64,000 nt of DNA, taken from positions 14,706,464 to 14,770,463 of the forward strand of contig NC_043011.1 in the NCBI RefSeq assembly GCF_006345805.1, written 5' to 3'. Position numbers and translations under genes: made by a program. This DNA comes from Octopus sinensis. Taxonomy: Eukaryota. A model generated the notes under the pieces. It was not told where the DNA came from, did no database searches, and saw nothing but the letters and a program-made list of their open reading frames with translations. Below are positions 37,413 to 50,301 of the stretch, in pieces. The stretch's first letter is position 1. Each line of letters begins with the position of its first letter.

Positions 37413-38394
37413 AATTTTCATGTAGCATAAACAAAGAAGAGAGAAATATTTTCACATATGAAAACCTAAAAGTGCATTACCATTAGCAGAAATTAAAATT
37501 CTGTCTTTGTTTTTTTTTTATGCAGATACTCTTCGAAATGTAAGTTTAGCTTAGTAGAATATTGATCTCACCTGCTCTGATATTCTTTGACTGATTATTG
37601 CTTTGTTACTTAGACAATACAAGAGTCTTTCTTCTGTGAAGATACTATTATTAACCTAAATTAGAAAAAATATTCTCTTAAATTAAGAGGATGATGAAAA
37701 AATGTTAAAGAACCAAGCCAGGGATGAAATTTATGATTCTCATACGTTTTTGGACATTTTTATTGTAATTGTACTATAGAGCCATGATTGTTATTCTAAA
37801 AAGATAGTTTTGCTCATTTTTCACTTTGATTTATTTCACTACTTTGTCAATTCGACGTCGGCAGGATAAGTCATAACTACGGTTCCAGTAAGTTATTTTA
37901 TTACTTTCCAACCATATTTTCTCATATGCATTTGAAATCAGCTGCGCGTTATTGTGTAAGTCTAGAAGTAGTCTCGCCGGTAAAAGATTATTGATGCTGC
38001 CATTATCTATTTCTAAATAACTACTACAAGCTTATATAAGAAGTTACCTCAGTTAAACACTGAAATAAAATAACACCGACATTATCAAGTTTGTTAGCTT
38101 TGCAATTGTGTAGAATGCATTCTGAGGACGTGATTAGAATACGAAATAAACAGATATTTCTTAGACAACCAGAATTGGGGTTACATTTTAAAATATTTTG
38201 AATAACCTTCTTTATGAGTCATAGTGGAAGCCTCTAAGCGCTACCCCTGCTAGACATAGCAGCCAAAATTTCTCGTAGAGTCTTCTCAATTGGAAAACGT
38301 ATATCTGTGTAGCCATAGATAAACAAATACAATCATTGGTTGACTCTACCAGCGTTCAACTACAACAAGACAACAGCAATCTTTTCTTAAAAGG

Positions 38395-38457
<63 letters not shown>

Positions 38458-40230
38458 GTATGGATAACATGCTTCGTGTAGTAAGCCAAAATGAATTTGG
38501 GCTTTTTAATCAGTTAAAATTACATTTTTAATGTTAATGACAATTCTTGTTGTTTAATTTTTGCTAAGAATAACTCCAGATATGTTTCTGTCTTACTGGA
38601 CCTCGTCAACCAAGTATTGTCATTCACATATTTACAGGACTTTAGAATGACTCAGGGAAATAAAGAAAAATGTGTGTAAAATCTTTACAACAATATCTTA
38701 CCACTTTTCAAGGTTAGCACAATTTTGTATAAACGCCATGTTTTCTTAAGTATATTTAGTAATACAGTGAATTTGTTAGTTCAGTGTACTAGTTCATTAT
38801 ATATTCATCGAGAATCTATCTATTTAACCACTTTAAACAATTAACTTTTTTTCTATCCTCCACTCTCTACTTTTTCTCACTCGGGGTAATTTCAATATTC
38901 ATCGTTAATTTTGTCTTATGGGGGCGAAATCCCTAGTGACTTTGAACAAAATTCTGAGCTCAAATTGACAAGATAAATGACTGTAAATATCAAACAAATA
39001 TCAAACTGTCATCCTGTTCAGGTTTTCTAATGTATTTTACGAAATTTCAAACAGCAATTTACATTCGTATCAATGGAGAAATACGAATGTATCTTTACTG
39101 GCAAGCCGCCAATTTCCCGATTATAGGAAATTAATTTCATAATGCTTTCTAGTGTTTATTTCTGAATTAGATGTGATATGTTGTCCAAATATTCTACAAT
39201 ATTCATATCTCATTCCCATAGACGTTAATATTCTCAATGGATCTTCTGGATGTTCAGCTAAAATATCAATACAGTCTCGGAAACATTGGCAACAGTAGAT
39301 GTAAGATTTGAACAATAAAATATAAAAAAAGATTGAATATTTTGAATTTCATAGAAAGCTCCAAAGACAGGCTTAATATATAAATACCATATGGTTAATA
39401 TCTTCATAGAAATATTTCTTTAAATTATATTCATCTGTGCTAAATGATACGATTTCTGTCACAAGAAAGTAGCTTATCTATAAATTTTCTAAATACCCAA
39501 TGTAAAATTTGAGGTCCGGTCTTTCAAATATTCTATCTCTTGCAATATTTCAGTTAATTCCACTGGCAAACTTAGAATATATTGGCAGTTTCATGTGGTT
39601 TGACATATTCTTATTGAAATGCATCTTTTACGTAAGCACAGTTGCGCTTCTTACAGTATTCTCTGCAGTGATTATAATATCAGCTACGATAAGCTGTCGT
39701 TTTTCTGCTGTATTTTCCCGTGTTTGCAGAAATGTATAAAATATCTTACTAAATATAATCTGCATAAATTTCTGAATGGACGACAGTTTGCTAACTGTGA
39801 AATCGGAGAATTCTGCACAGTTTTTAATATATATGTAAATGCATGTTTGTAAACGTATAGGTTCGTGCACACATAACACCACATGCCCACGCACGTATGC
39901 ACAAATATTAAACATACGCTCATCATTATCTTAACTTCTTTTCTGCTGGAAAGTGCAGATATTCGTTCATGTAGCATACTTGAAAGTATGGTGCGGATGA
40001 AATAATAATAATAATAATAATAATGATAATAATATAGTTTATACACGCACTCACACACACACTCACACACACGTACGTACGCACGCACACACACATATCT
40101 GTAACATGTATATATATATATATATACCGGAGTAAACACATAAATGTGAAACAAGGTGGAAAAAAGAGTACTCAAATACCAGTGGTAGAGTAATATGCTT
40201 TATTTTAAGCAGCAGAAAATTCAACAAAAT

Positions 40231-40268
40231 CTGTTACTCTGAGTTTCTCGTTGCCGTTCATCAGACAG
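40231..40268 (-). ncRNA. minimal hammerhead ribozyme (HHR-A), sense to the PLE
   Basis: CTGT-CTGATGA-ACG(GCAA)CGA-GAAA-CTCAGAG-TA-ACAG. Confidence 0.6.
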
Positions 40269-41334
40269 TTTTTGCTAGAATGGAACCGATATATCAATTC
40301 AATCTATACTCTTACAAACGCTACACCTTTAAAAAGAAATGGACTTGTTTGATTGGCCCTTTAGAAAAAACGGTCAATCTTCGAGCGATAAACAAAAAGG
40401 TCAAAAATATATGTATATATATATATATATATAAAAACTTATAAAAATTATAAAATCCGAGGAAAAAACCTTACATTGAATAAAATACATATGAAGAAAG
40501 TGCAAATTAATACATAGAAATTAAACCTGTTATAAATATTACACTGCAATACATATTTATATTAAAATCTACATATATATATCAACATACACAAAATTAT
40601 GCGTGCAAACGCCATACATATACAGACGTATGAATATAAATCTAAATATACACATAAAAGCATGTGTACATATATTCACGCAAAACCATCTCGCACGCAA
40701 GTTAAAAAATATCTATGTAGCGATTCTCATATACTGAGTAAGGGGGGGGAACGAAAGAAAGGGAGAGAGAGAAAAAGGAACGAAGGAGGTGTAGGGAAAA
40801 AAACGAAATAAGAAAAAATTATGTATACAAGCAGTGTAACGGCATTATGGCATATATGGAGACAAGTATACATGCATAAGTTTGAATGGATACTGTCGTG
40901 TATATGTGTGCTTAAGCACAAACATACTTTCACTTACACATACACAGATACGCATGCTTACAAATACATATGCTTTGCTATGCACATACTTATATCAACA
41001 TTCTAATTTTGACAACATTGCTTTTTTTAAAAAAAAACATTGCTTTTTTTTATAAAATGGGTGCATTAATAAAAATATATACGAAAGACATATAAAATAA
41101 AATATAACATCCTATTTTGGGTCATTTATAAATAATTAAGGTAATATAAATAATCAAGGTAATCCTATATAATACAATAACATGAAAACAAAGTTGGAGG
41201 TTTTTCCTAATATATATGTAGAAACATAAGACTTTGCTATACGGATTAAGATCCGTATAGCTTGGAAACAAAATCCATCGTAGCGCTCATCGTTCAAGAG
41301 TCAAAATCAAAATCAAAAATACAAAATATATACT

Positions 41335-42108
41335 CTATCCATATGGTATATTTATATTCGACATTTTAAATTTAGCCGCGTGCCTACATAAGTTCATTAG
41401 CTCGCTTCTTTGATTCAAAGAATTATTGTCTTTGAATAAGATGTACATTTTTTCTAATAGACAAAGCTTGCACTTGAAATTATTTTTGTAAGCTCCATGC
41501 CTGTATGGTGCCGCCCTGTCCAGAATGCTCCATGTCACGTTGAAAGGTGGGGCTTCCTTTTCTTTTAGTTCCCAGACATATTTTGCTAGGCTGGTTTTCT
41601 TCCTATTCTCTGGGTATTTAAATGAATTTTTATGAGAATAAAATCTTGTTTTAAATGAATTTTCTGAAGCCCCTGTGTATGTCTTGTATTCCGATGAGCC
41701 TTCCACTTGCACCTTGGCTCTATAAACTACTCCTTTCACCAGACATTTCCCTTCTAACGGACAGGAGCTTTCGTTTTTGAAATTACATTTCTTAATGGTC
41801 TCGGCACCATGTCTAATCTCAATTAGCTTCCTATTATGTTGGCTAATGTAAGAGGCGAAATTTCTGCAACAAGAATAGCTAACCTTCAGGGTTCTTCTGT
41901 TAAATATCCTATAGAATTTATGACCCTGCTTAAAATGCTTAGAGACTAATCTCAAAAATTCCTTACCTATATTAGTCTTTACGGCCAAATTGAAAGCCGG
42001 GTTGAACCACAAAACTTTCCTGGTCCTAGTTCTTCGTGTAGCATTATTATCAGCATTAAGCTGGTTGAACTGGATCTTCTCAGAGAATCCACTATTCTCT
42101 AATGCGCT
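41335..42108 (-). CDS. PLE linker + GIY-YIG endonuclease (uninterrupted C-terminal part)
   Basis: RKVLWFNP, CPLEGKCL, GVVY...YTG, KTRFYSH, CKLCLLEK, LNQRSEL, CRH; the track ORF extension to 42387 is inverted repeat plus microsatellite. Confidence 0.85.
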   Translation of the reverse strand, partial: SALENSGFSEKIQFNQLNADNNATRRTRTRKVLWFNPAFNLAVKTNIGKEFLRLVSKHFKQGHKFYRIFNRRTLKVSYSCCRNFASYISQHNRKLIEIRHGAETIKKCNFKNESSCPLEGKCLVKGVVYRAKVQVEGSSEYKTYTGASENSFKTRFYSHKNSFKYPENRKKTSLAKYVWELKEKEAPPFNVTWSILDRAAPYRHGAYKNNFKCKLCLLEKMYILFKDNNSLNQRSELMNLCRHAAKFKMSNINIPYG

Positions 42109-42200
42109 AGGGCCAATCAAACAAGTCCATTTCTTTTTAAAGGTGTAGCGTTTGTAAGAGTATAGATTGAATTGATATATCGGTTCCATTCTAGCAAAAA

Positions 42201-42238
42201 CTGTCTGATGAACGGCAACGAGAAACTCAGAGTAACAG
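42201..42238 (+). ncRNA. minimal hammerhead ribozyme (HHR-A), inverted copy
   Basis: CTGATGA 42205-42211, GAAA 42222-42225, GTA triplet ending 42234. Confidence 0.6.
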
Positions 42239-42269
42239 ATTTTGTTGAATTTTCTGCTGCTTAAAATAA

Positions 42270-42310
<41 letters not shown>

Positions 42311-42366
42311 GTATACATATATATATATATATAAATACATACATGTATACATATATATATACATAT

Positions 42367-42557
42367 ATAGATCGTTAGCCACTTCACACATTTTTTCTCT
42401 CTCCGTGTTTCTCTCCTTGTTTTCTGTGTCCCTTTCTGTAGAAGAGCGTAGGCTCGAAACGTAAAAGACTTTTTCTATTGCTGAGCGTTATACTAATACA
42501 TCTGTTTGTTTTGTACACCACCTGTCTTCGTCTTTTGTTTTTTTCGTAAATTCTCCC

Positions 42558-42558
<1 letters not shown>
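42367..42558 (+). mobile_element. HHR-B module between (TA)n tracts
   Basis: HHR 42432-42467 with CTGTAGA core; same 5' start ATAGATCGTTAGCCACT as the 30603-30775 copy. Confidence 0.75.
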
Positions 42559-42623
<65 letters not shown>

Positions 42624-42927
42624 GTATGTGTGGGGCATTGATAAATTAACAGATTCAGTTATCTACACACACAAACATCTATATATATATTTCATGTGTA
42701 CATATGCAAACATATAGATTCACAGGGAGAGAGAGAAAGAGAGGGAGATTATACACAATGAGCAAATATAAACAAATGCCTATGAAATATTTGTGATCAG
42801 TGATCAGTATTGAATACTACAATAGATCTCTATCTTATTCCATCAGGACTTAATATACTAAAAAAACAGAAAAAAATTCATAATTTCAGTAGTACAATTT
42901 CATTATGAAATGTTATTTGACATAGAT

Positions 42928-42965
<38 letters not shown>

Positions 42966-43233
42966 ATATATTATATATATATATACCTGTAAAATAATAT
43001 GTTACCATTATTCGGTAGCCAAGATAAAACTCTGAGTTTCGGTGACCGCTCAGGCATTGATGTCGCGAAGAGGCAACAAACTTAATACTCCTTCTGTCGC
43101 TAATCATGATATTTTATTACTAAACATGTTTTCTGTTTAAATGTGGTACGTAGCAAGGCTGCTATCCATTGGCTGAAATCCGCAAAGGAAAGAAAGAATA
43201 AGCGTTCAATTTTGCAGTAGCATGATGGACATC

Positions 43234-43466
43234 TATTTCTTTACTACCAACAAGGGGCTAAACACAGGGGGGACAAACAAGGACAGACACACGGATTAAG
43301 TCGATTACCTCGACCTCAGTGCGTAACTGGTACTTAATTTATCGACCCCGAAAGAATGAAAGGCAAAGTCGACCTCGGCGGAATTTGAACTCAGAACGTA
43401 ACGGCAGGCGAAATACCGCTAAGCATTTCGCCTGGCGTGCTAACGCTTCTCCCAGCTCGCCACCTT
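43234..43466 (-). mobile_element. SINE family A monomer
   Basis: family consensus. Confidence 0.85.
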
Positions 43467-43796
43467 ATGCTGCTACCGGACACCTGCTACTGAGGAGACG
43501 GTAGTATGATGGACACCATTGTCAGAGAAACTATGTACTTACCTATATATTGTTAATCTAATTGCTTTACATTTCCTTATTTGTGTTACTTGTAACGCTG
43601 TCAGCATATGGCTTGTTGAATAAAAGTAAGTCACATGTCATACGTAAATATTTGGTTTTTTTTACTATGGTTAGTAATCGTAGTTAAGTTTATTTACAAA
43701 AAGTTCTCATTCCTGTGCTGACACTCAAGTAATCATTGAAGTAAATAGTCGTATGAAGAACAATGGAATTTAATCTTTTTGAAAATTAAATATATA

Positions 43797-44191
43797 AGAC
43801 GCAGAAGTGGCTGTGCGGTAAGTAGCTTGCTTACCAACCACATGGTTCTGGGTTCAGTCCCACTGCGTGGCACCTTGGGCAAGTGCCTTCTACTTTGGCC
43901 TCGGGCCGACCAAAGCCTTGTGAATGGATTTGGTAGACGGAAACTGAAAGAAGCCTGTCGTATATATGTATATATGTATATATATATATGTGCTTGTGTT
44001 TGTGTGTCTGTGTTTTTGACAACCGATGCTGGTGTGTTTACGTCCCCGTAACTTAGCGGTTCAGCAAAAGAGACCGATAGAATAAGTACAAGGCTTACAA
44101 AGAATAAGTCCTGGGGGTCGATTTGCTCGACTAAAGGCGGTGCTGCAGCATGGCCGCAGTCAAATGACTGAAACAAGTAAAAGGGTAAAGA
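43797..44191 (+). mobile_element. SINE family B
   Basis: family consensus. Confidence 0.85.
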
Positions 44192-44321
44192 GCATATTGG
44201 ACGAGAATTAATGGTAATAGCACCCAAGAGCTATTACCAAGCAGATTTATGACCAAAACTTGCAAGCTTGCCCGTTCAATTGTTTTGTATACAAAGAATC
44301 GTGTGTCATGTATCATGTTTC

Positions 44322-44632
44322 GTGGAGGCACATGGCCTAATGGTTAGAGCAGCGGACTCGCGGTCGAGGGATCGCAGGTTCGAATCTCAGATCGGGTGAT
44401 GCGTGTGTTTATGAGCGAAAACACTTAAGCTCCATGCGGCTCCGGCAGAAGGTAATGGCGAAACTTCTGCTGACTCTTTCGCCACAACTTTCTCTCATTC
44501 TTTCCTCCTGCATCTTGCAGCTCACTTGCGACGGACCGGCGTCCCATCCAGGTGGGGAACCTATACGCCAAGGAAACCGGCCCTTATGAGCCAGGCATGG
44601 CTTGAGAAGGAACAAAAATAATAATAATAATA
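44322..44632 (+). mobile_element. SINE family C with (AAT)n tail
   Basis: family consensus. Confidence 0.85.
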
Positions 44633-46575
44633 TCATGTTTAGGATGGCAGGATGTAAGTTGAAGATTTCACTATTATTTCTAGCAGATCCCCATTCCTCT
44701 GTTAACTCGAAAATTGTTTCGTTGCCTTCTGTGATTTACTTCTCTATTAAGGCTGCCAGTGTTATAGCAGCATATAAAAACATTTTAATTTCTTTCTTGA
44801 ATTGTTGCTTTATATTTATACTTTCTCCCAATATATTTGATTTAAAAGAATACTACTGTACCATGAAAAGTAAGCTCGTAACCGCTAACCATCAAAATGT
44901 TAAAGGTTCTCAAGTTACTGCCGATACATATAATATACCAAGTTTTTAGCTTTTGTCATTGTGATTATATTAGGAATATTTTAATATAGATAATAAAGTT
45001 ATTCTCAAAATTATCTTTTGGAGCTTTATATTTGCCATTTCAGATATATCTACTGTCATATTACAAAATGAAAATTCAGCACAAAAACTTTTATAATGAT
45101 TTGCAGCAATACTGAATGACTAAATATATGTGAATATGATAAAATTGGTTCAGTAATAAGAAGAGATAGTCTGAAGTGACAGCCATCAATAGAATTCAGC
45201 AGACTAGTCTAATATATATTGAAATATTGTGAACTCGTTACAAGCTGGTCTTCTATGAGTTGAAATTGCTAAAGGATATTTACTGCTTCTGAAATAGATG
45301 TCAAATAAAAGAAGAAAAGAAAATAGATTCTATGGCTTCCTATTAAGGACGAAACATATCTGCAGCAATTACTATTTAGAACATTTGTCATTAATAAAGA
45401 AACCAATGGGAGATGGCAGCACTGGAAACCACTAATGCTTAACAGAAAGAGAAAAAGCCCTTTTCGATCGATATTAACTAATGAAGTAAAGTGGCTTAAA
45501 AAGTTAATGAAGCTTTGGTAATGGCCTAACACAATGTATATATCAAATAAGAAGCGTCATTTTATGCTACTCAGAAGCAGCTCAAATGACTAAATAGTTT
45601 ATTGAATTCTAATTATTTTAGCCAGATAATCGATAACCAATCAATATTGTCATAAATGTTTTATTGCGAGTCACCTTTCATGTAACAACTGAATCAGAGA
45701 TCATTTAATTTACTGATCTGGTCAGCCCAGCTCGAAAAACAGACACGGCTTACATTTCCAATCTTGCTGTCCCTTTACTAAAGATTTACTATTTACATCG
45801 TAATGGTACTGTGCCGAGAATTAAACGGAACAATGGGATTAGCATAATCCGCATTAGTATTTTTTCAATGGCCATGAACAAATCGCTTAAATCTATCCTT
45901 AACATTTTTTTATTGCTTTATCACATCCGATTTAACAATGTTGTAAAGAGGCGACCAAGATGCAGAAATATGTCCGAAATTAATGAAAAACTACGAATAG
46001 CAACATCAGTTATATTAATACTATCATGGTACCCGTCAAAATGATGGCAATATAGTTGAATATGAAATAAGTCGTACAAACATCAAATATACTATAATAA
46101 AGCAATGATTTCTTAGGTGGTAATCTTTGATTTCTTTCTGTAATTCAAAATAAATAATTTTCCTGTGACAGAACTTCTTTGCATGTTCGACTTGCAATAT
46201 CCGGTTGTATATTTAGTAAGTCCAAATCTGTCGTGCTCTTTTCTGAGCTTCTCTTTCTCATACTTTTTTCCGGGACTTCTTTCGTTGCTTTTGTCGCCTT
46301 CTTTCATCCGAATCTTCCATAAGTGTTCAGTTTAAATGATTTGTTTTTTAAATAACGTAAAAGTTCTTTCTATCCTGCAGCAAAAAATAGACTACTAGGC
46401 AAGTAGCTGGGACCGAGAGCAAAATTCCAATAGCTTGGTTTAATGAAAAGCTGATAAAACCTTGGTTCGGATTCAGAGGTTTTATAGATACGAATGTTAT
46501 TGTAGCAATGCTGCAAGAGAGTGATAGAACTAACAAACAGAAACCATCTTGAGCTTAAAAGATTCGCAGTGAATG

Positions 46576-46999
46576 GCATCTTTTCGGTTTGACCGGCAGT
46601 TTTTAAAAATTATTTCCACGTAACTAAACACTTAAATTTCGTATACTGGTAGAATGTGTTTATAAAATATCTTTTTCTCTTGGCTTTATTGAGAAAATTC
46701 AATAGTTTGTAAGATACTTGTTGTTCTTTTTCTTCAATTTCAGCAATTTCAACCAATCACTGACGTCCATTGAGGTAAAAAAAAAAGCATTCTGTGCCGT
46801 ATGAATATGTCCCTCGTTTAAGAAATAGATTGGGTTTATTTACATTTCTGAAGAAAAAAAAAAGATACCCTTCCCCCCACCCCTAACCCTAACCCTAAAA
46901 CAGATTGAAATGCAATAGATCGATACTAGGGTCATAATTGTGGGTGACAATTTCATATGACACCGCTAGAAAAAACTGCCGTTCAAACCGAAAAGATAC
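46576..46999 (-). mobile_element. MITE copy 4 (eroded termini, no TSD)
   Basis: GCATCTTTTCGGTTTGACCGG ... AAACCGAAAAGATAC; CCCTAA tract. Confidence 0.85.
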
Positions 47000-47352
47000 T
47001 AGCCTCTGTTATTCACTACGACTCTTCTGAACAATACGTTGTGATGGAAGAAGAGTGGGAGAGATACGGCTGTTGGTAGACATGACGTTTAAAATGGATG
47101 CTTTTATGAATATAATAGTTTCGAAATTTGGAGTTTTATCCGAAAATGATTAACACTCACCCTTTCCTTCAAACTATATTTTAGTTGGTTATCTCTTTCT
47201 CTCCTCCTTTCAATATAACACCTGATTCGGTGTTATAAGAGGTATTCCTGAAACAGGGCAATATCGACAACAGAAAGAGATTTCAGGAAGATATTAAGTG
47301 AAAACGAACTGTCTTCATGGTGACAATATTACTCAGAAAAGGCACAAATAAC

Positions 47353-48380
47353 TGTGTGTGTGTGTGTGTATGTAGTGGGGATGTGTGTGCAATATAATGA
47401 TTTTTCTTTAAATCATTCCAATTTGACCATTTTAGATTAATTCCTGTTTTAATAATTTTCTCCAGATTTTTTTTTGTCAGCAATATTTGAAAACTTGAAA
47501 AGTATATCTTCCTTGATAACATTCTGACGTCGTGAATAATTTTCTTGAACAACGAGAATATCAATCACATGTCAATAAACCCATCTATCCCATTCCGTCA
47601 CCCATTGCTGCCACCGTTTGCTGATTTTTCAAAGTTCTTTCTTCACGTGTTTTCATTTATTTGTTTGAGAAAGGACCTGTACTCGAAACGTTGATTATTT
47701 TTCCTTTTCTCTACAGCATATTAATTTGTAGCAACTGGCGTTACGCCTTTTCATAACCACATAACTAGTGTGCCTTTTAGTCAGGTTATTTTGTGGTGTC
47801 AACTACAGACACTGTCACGTAGCACCACACAATACCATTAGAATATATTATGCCATACAATTAAAATTGAGCGGGAATCGACGACACGGAATGAGCCATT
47901 AATTAACTCCTTTCGTTGCCGTAACGGATTGTTAAAACTCGCTTTGTGGTCAGATGTAAAACTTAATTTTTCTTTTTTGCACACATTTTCTAGATTTGCA
48001 TTTTACACCTTGTAATATATTGAACAGATGTACAAACTGTTTTCCATCCAGAAAAGAAAAATTAACGAAATTTTACAGCATTTTCTGGAACCCTTTTACT
48101 GTGCTCCGTTTCAACAATTCTGTATGTATTGTAATTTCTGCCATTGCAGTTAATATTTTCCTCTCTCACGAAAAATGTAATGTTCGTGCAATTTTTTCTC
48201 ACATGCATTTATAGGCGCAGAAGTGGCTGCATGGTAAGTAGCTTGCTTACCAACCACATGGTCCCGGGTTCAGTCCCACTGCGTGGTATCTTGGGCAAGT
48301 GTCTTCTACTATAGCCTCGGGCCGACCAAAGCCTTGTGAGTAGATTTGGTAGACGGAAACTGGAAGAAGCCTGTCGTATG

Positions 48381-48435
<55 letters not shown>

Positions 48436-49442
48436 AGTGGGGATGTGTGTGCAATATAATGATTTTTCTTTAAATCATTCCAATTTGACCATTTTAGATT
48501 AATTCCTGTTTTAATAATTTTCTCCAGATTTTTTTTTGTCAGCAATATTTGAAAACTTGAAAAGTATATCTTCCTTGATAACATTCTGACGTCGTGAATA
48601 ATTTTCTTGAACAACGAGAATATCAATCACATGTCAATAAACCCATCTATCCCATTCCGTCACCCATTGCTGCCACCGTTTGCTGATTTTTCAAAGTTCT
48701 TTCTTCACGTGTTTTCATTTATTTGTTTGAGAAAGGACCTGTACTCGAAACGTTGATTATTTTTCCTTTTCTCTACAGCATATTAATTTGTAGCAACTGG
48801 CGTTACGCCTTTTCATAACCACATAACTAGTGTGCCTTTTAGTCAGGTTATTTTGTGGTGTCAACTACAGACACTGTCACGTAGCACCACACAATACCAT
48901 TAGAATATATTATGCCATACAATTAAAATTGAGCGGGAATCGACGACACGGAATGAGCCATTAATTAACTCCTTTCGTTGCCGTAACGGATTGTTAAAAC
49001 TCGCTTTGTGGTCAGATGTAAAACTTAATTTTTCTTTTTTGCACACATTTTCTAGATTTGCATTTTACACCTTGTAATATATTGAACAGATGTACAAACT
49101 GTTTTCCATCCAGAAAAGAAAAATTAACGAAATTTTACAGCATTTTCTGGAACCCTTTTACTGTGCTCCGTTTCAACAATTCTGTATGTATTGTAATTTC
49201 TGCCATTGCAGTTAATATTTTCCTCTCTCACGAAAAATGTAATGTTCGTGCAATTTTTTCTCACATGCATTTATAGGCGCAGAAGTGGCTGCATGGTAAG
49301 TAGCTTGCTTACCAACCACATGGTCCCGGGTTCAGTCCCACTGCGTGGTATCTTGGGCAAGTGTCTTCTACTATAGCCTCGGGCCGACCAAAGCCTTGTG
49401 AGTAGATTTGGTAGACGGAAACTGGAAGAAGCCTGTCGTATG

Positions 49443-49476
<34 letters not shown>
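47353..49476. repeat. 1,062 bp direct tandem duplication
   Basis: 47353-48414 repeated at 48415-49476; identical ORFs at 47996/49058, offset 1062; borders in (TG)n. Confidence 0.9.
48213..48430 (+). mobile_element. SINE family B 5' half (duplicated)
   Basis: stops at the internal (TG)n. Confidence 0.8.
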
Positions 49477-49496
<20 letters not shown>

Positions 49497-49704
49497 TGTG
49501 TCTGTTTGTCCCCCCCCCCAGCATCACTTGACAACTGATACTGGTGTGTTTACGTTCCCGTAACTTAGCGGTTCGGCAAAAGAGACCGATAGAATAAGTA
49601 CCAGGCTTACAAAGAATAAGATCTGGGGTCGATTTGCTCGACTATAAAGACGGTGCTCCAGCATGGCCACAGTCAAATGACTGAAACAACTAAAAGAGTA
49701 AAGA
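49275..49704 (+). mobile_element. SINE family B full length
   Basis: family consensus. Confidence 0.85.
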
Positions 49705-49855
49705 GGAGTTTATCTGTACAATTTTCATCTGGTGAATTAAATTTGAATAAATTTAGTCTTATTTCTTCCTGTATCGCATTTTAGACTGGTGACTCCGTTC
49801 GCAGGTATACTGTTTTTACAATGTTAACCTCTCTCAGAACCTTAGTATTATGATA

Positions 49856-50301
49856 GGATCTTTTCGGTTTGACGGGCAGTTTTTTCTAGCGGTGTCATAT
49901 GAAATTGTCACCCATAATTATGACCCTAGTATCGATCTATTGCATTTCAATCCGTTTTAGGGTTAGAGTTAGGGTTAGTTAGGGTTAGGGTTAGGGTTAG
50001 GGTTAGGGGGAAGGACATCTTTTTTTCTGCAGAAATGTAAATAAACCCAACCTATTTCTTAAACGAGGGGCATATTCATACGACACAGAATGTTTTCACC
50101 TCAATAGACGTCATTGATTGGTTGAAATTGCAGAAATTGAAGAAAAAAAACAAAAAATATCTTACAAAGTATAGAATTTTATCAATAAAGCCAAGAGAAA
50201 AAGATGTTTTATAAACACATTCTACCAGTATACGAAGTGTAAAAGTGTTTAGTTACGTAGAAATTATTTTGAAAAAACTGCCGGTCAAACCGAAAAGATC
50301 C
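49856..50301 (+). mobile_element. MITE copy 5 in the Gypsy leader
   Basis: perfect 8 bp TSD TTATGATA (49848-49855, 50302-50309); longest TTAGGG tract (~49957-50009). Confidence 0.9.

Larger units (their letters stand above)
40127..42271 (-). mobile_element. 5'-truncated Penelope-like element with inverted terminal copy
   Basis: EN ORF on minus; 40198-40360 and 42109-42271 are 163 bp perfect inverted copies; (TA)n at both ends. Confidence 0.8.

Noticed and set aside
42109-42387. N-terminal part of the 350 aa ORF
   Set aside because: Read-through of an HHR-B module edge, (TA)n and the inverted repeat; only 41335-42108 is PLE coding sequence
46113-46579. Minus-strand ORFs with a strong acceptor and hydrophobic translation
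   Set aside because: Two frames equally open, no good donor, AT-rich DNA gives hydrophobic peptides by default
47660-47700. TTGAGAAAGGACCTGTACTCGAAACGTT HHR-like string (duplicated at ~48725)
   Set aside because: Core and stem II decayed
49957-50009. TTAGGG tract as a chromosome end or fusion scar
   Set aside because: Internal to a TSD-flanked MITE present five times
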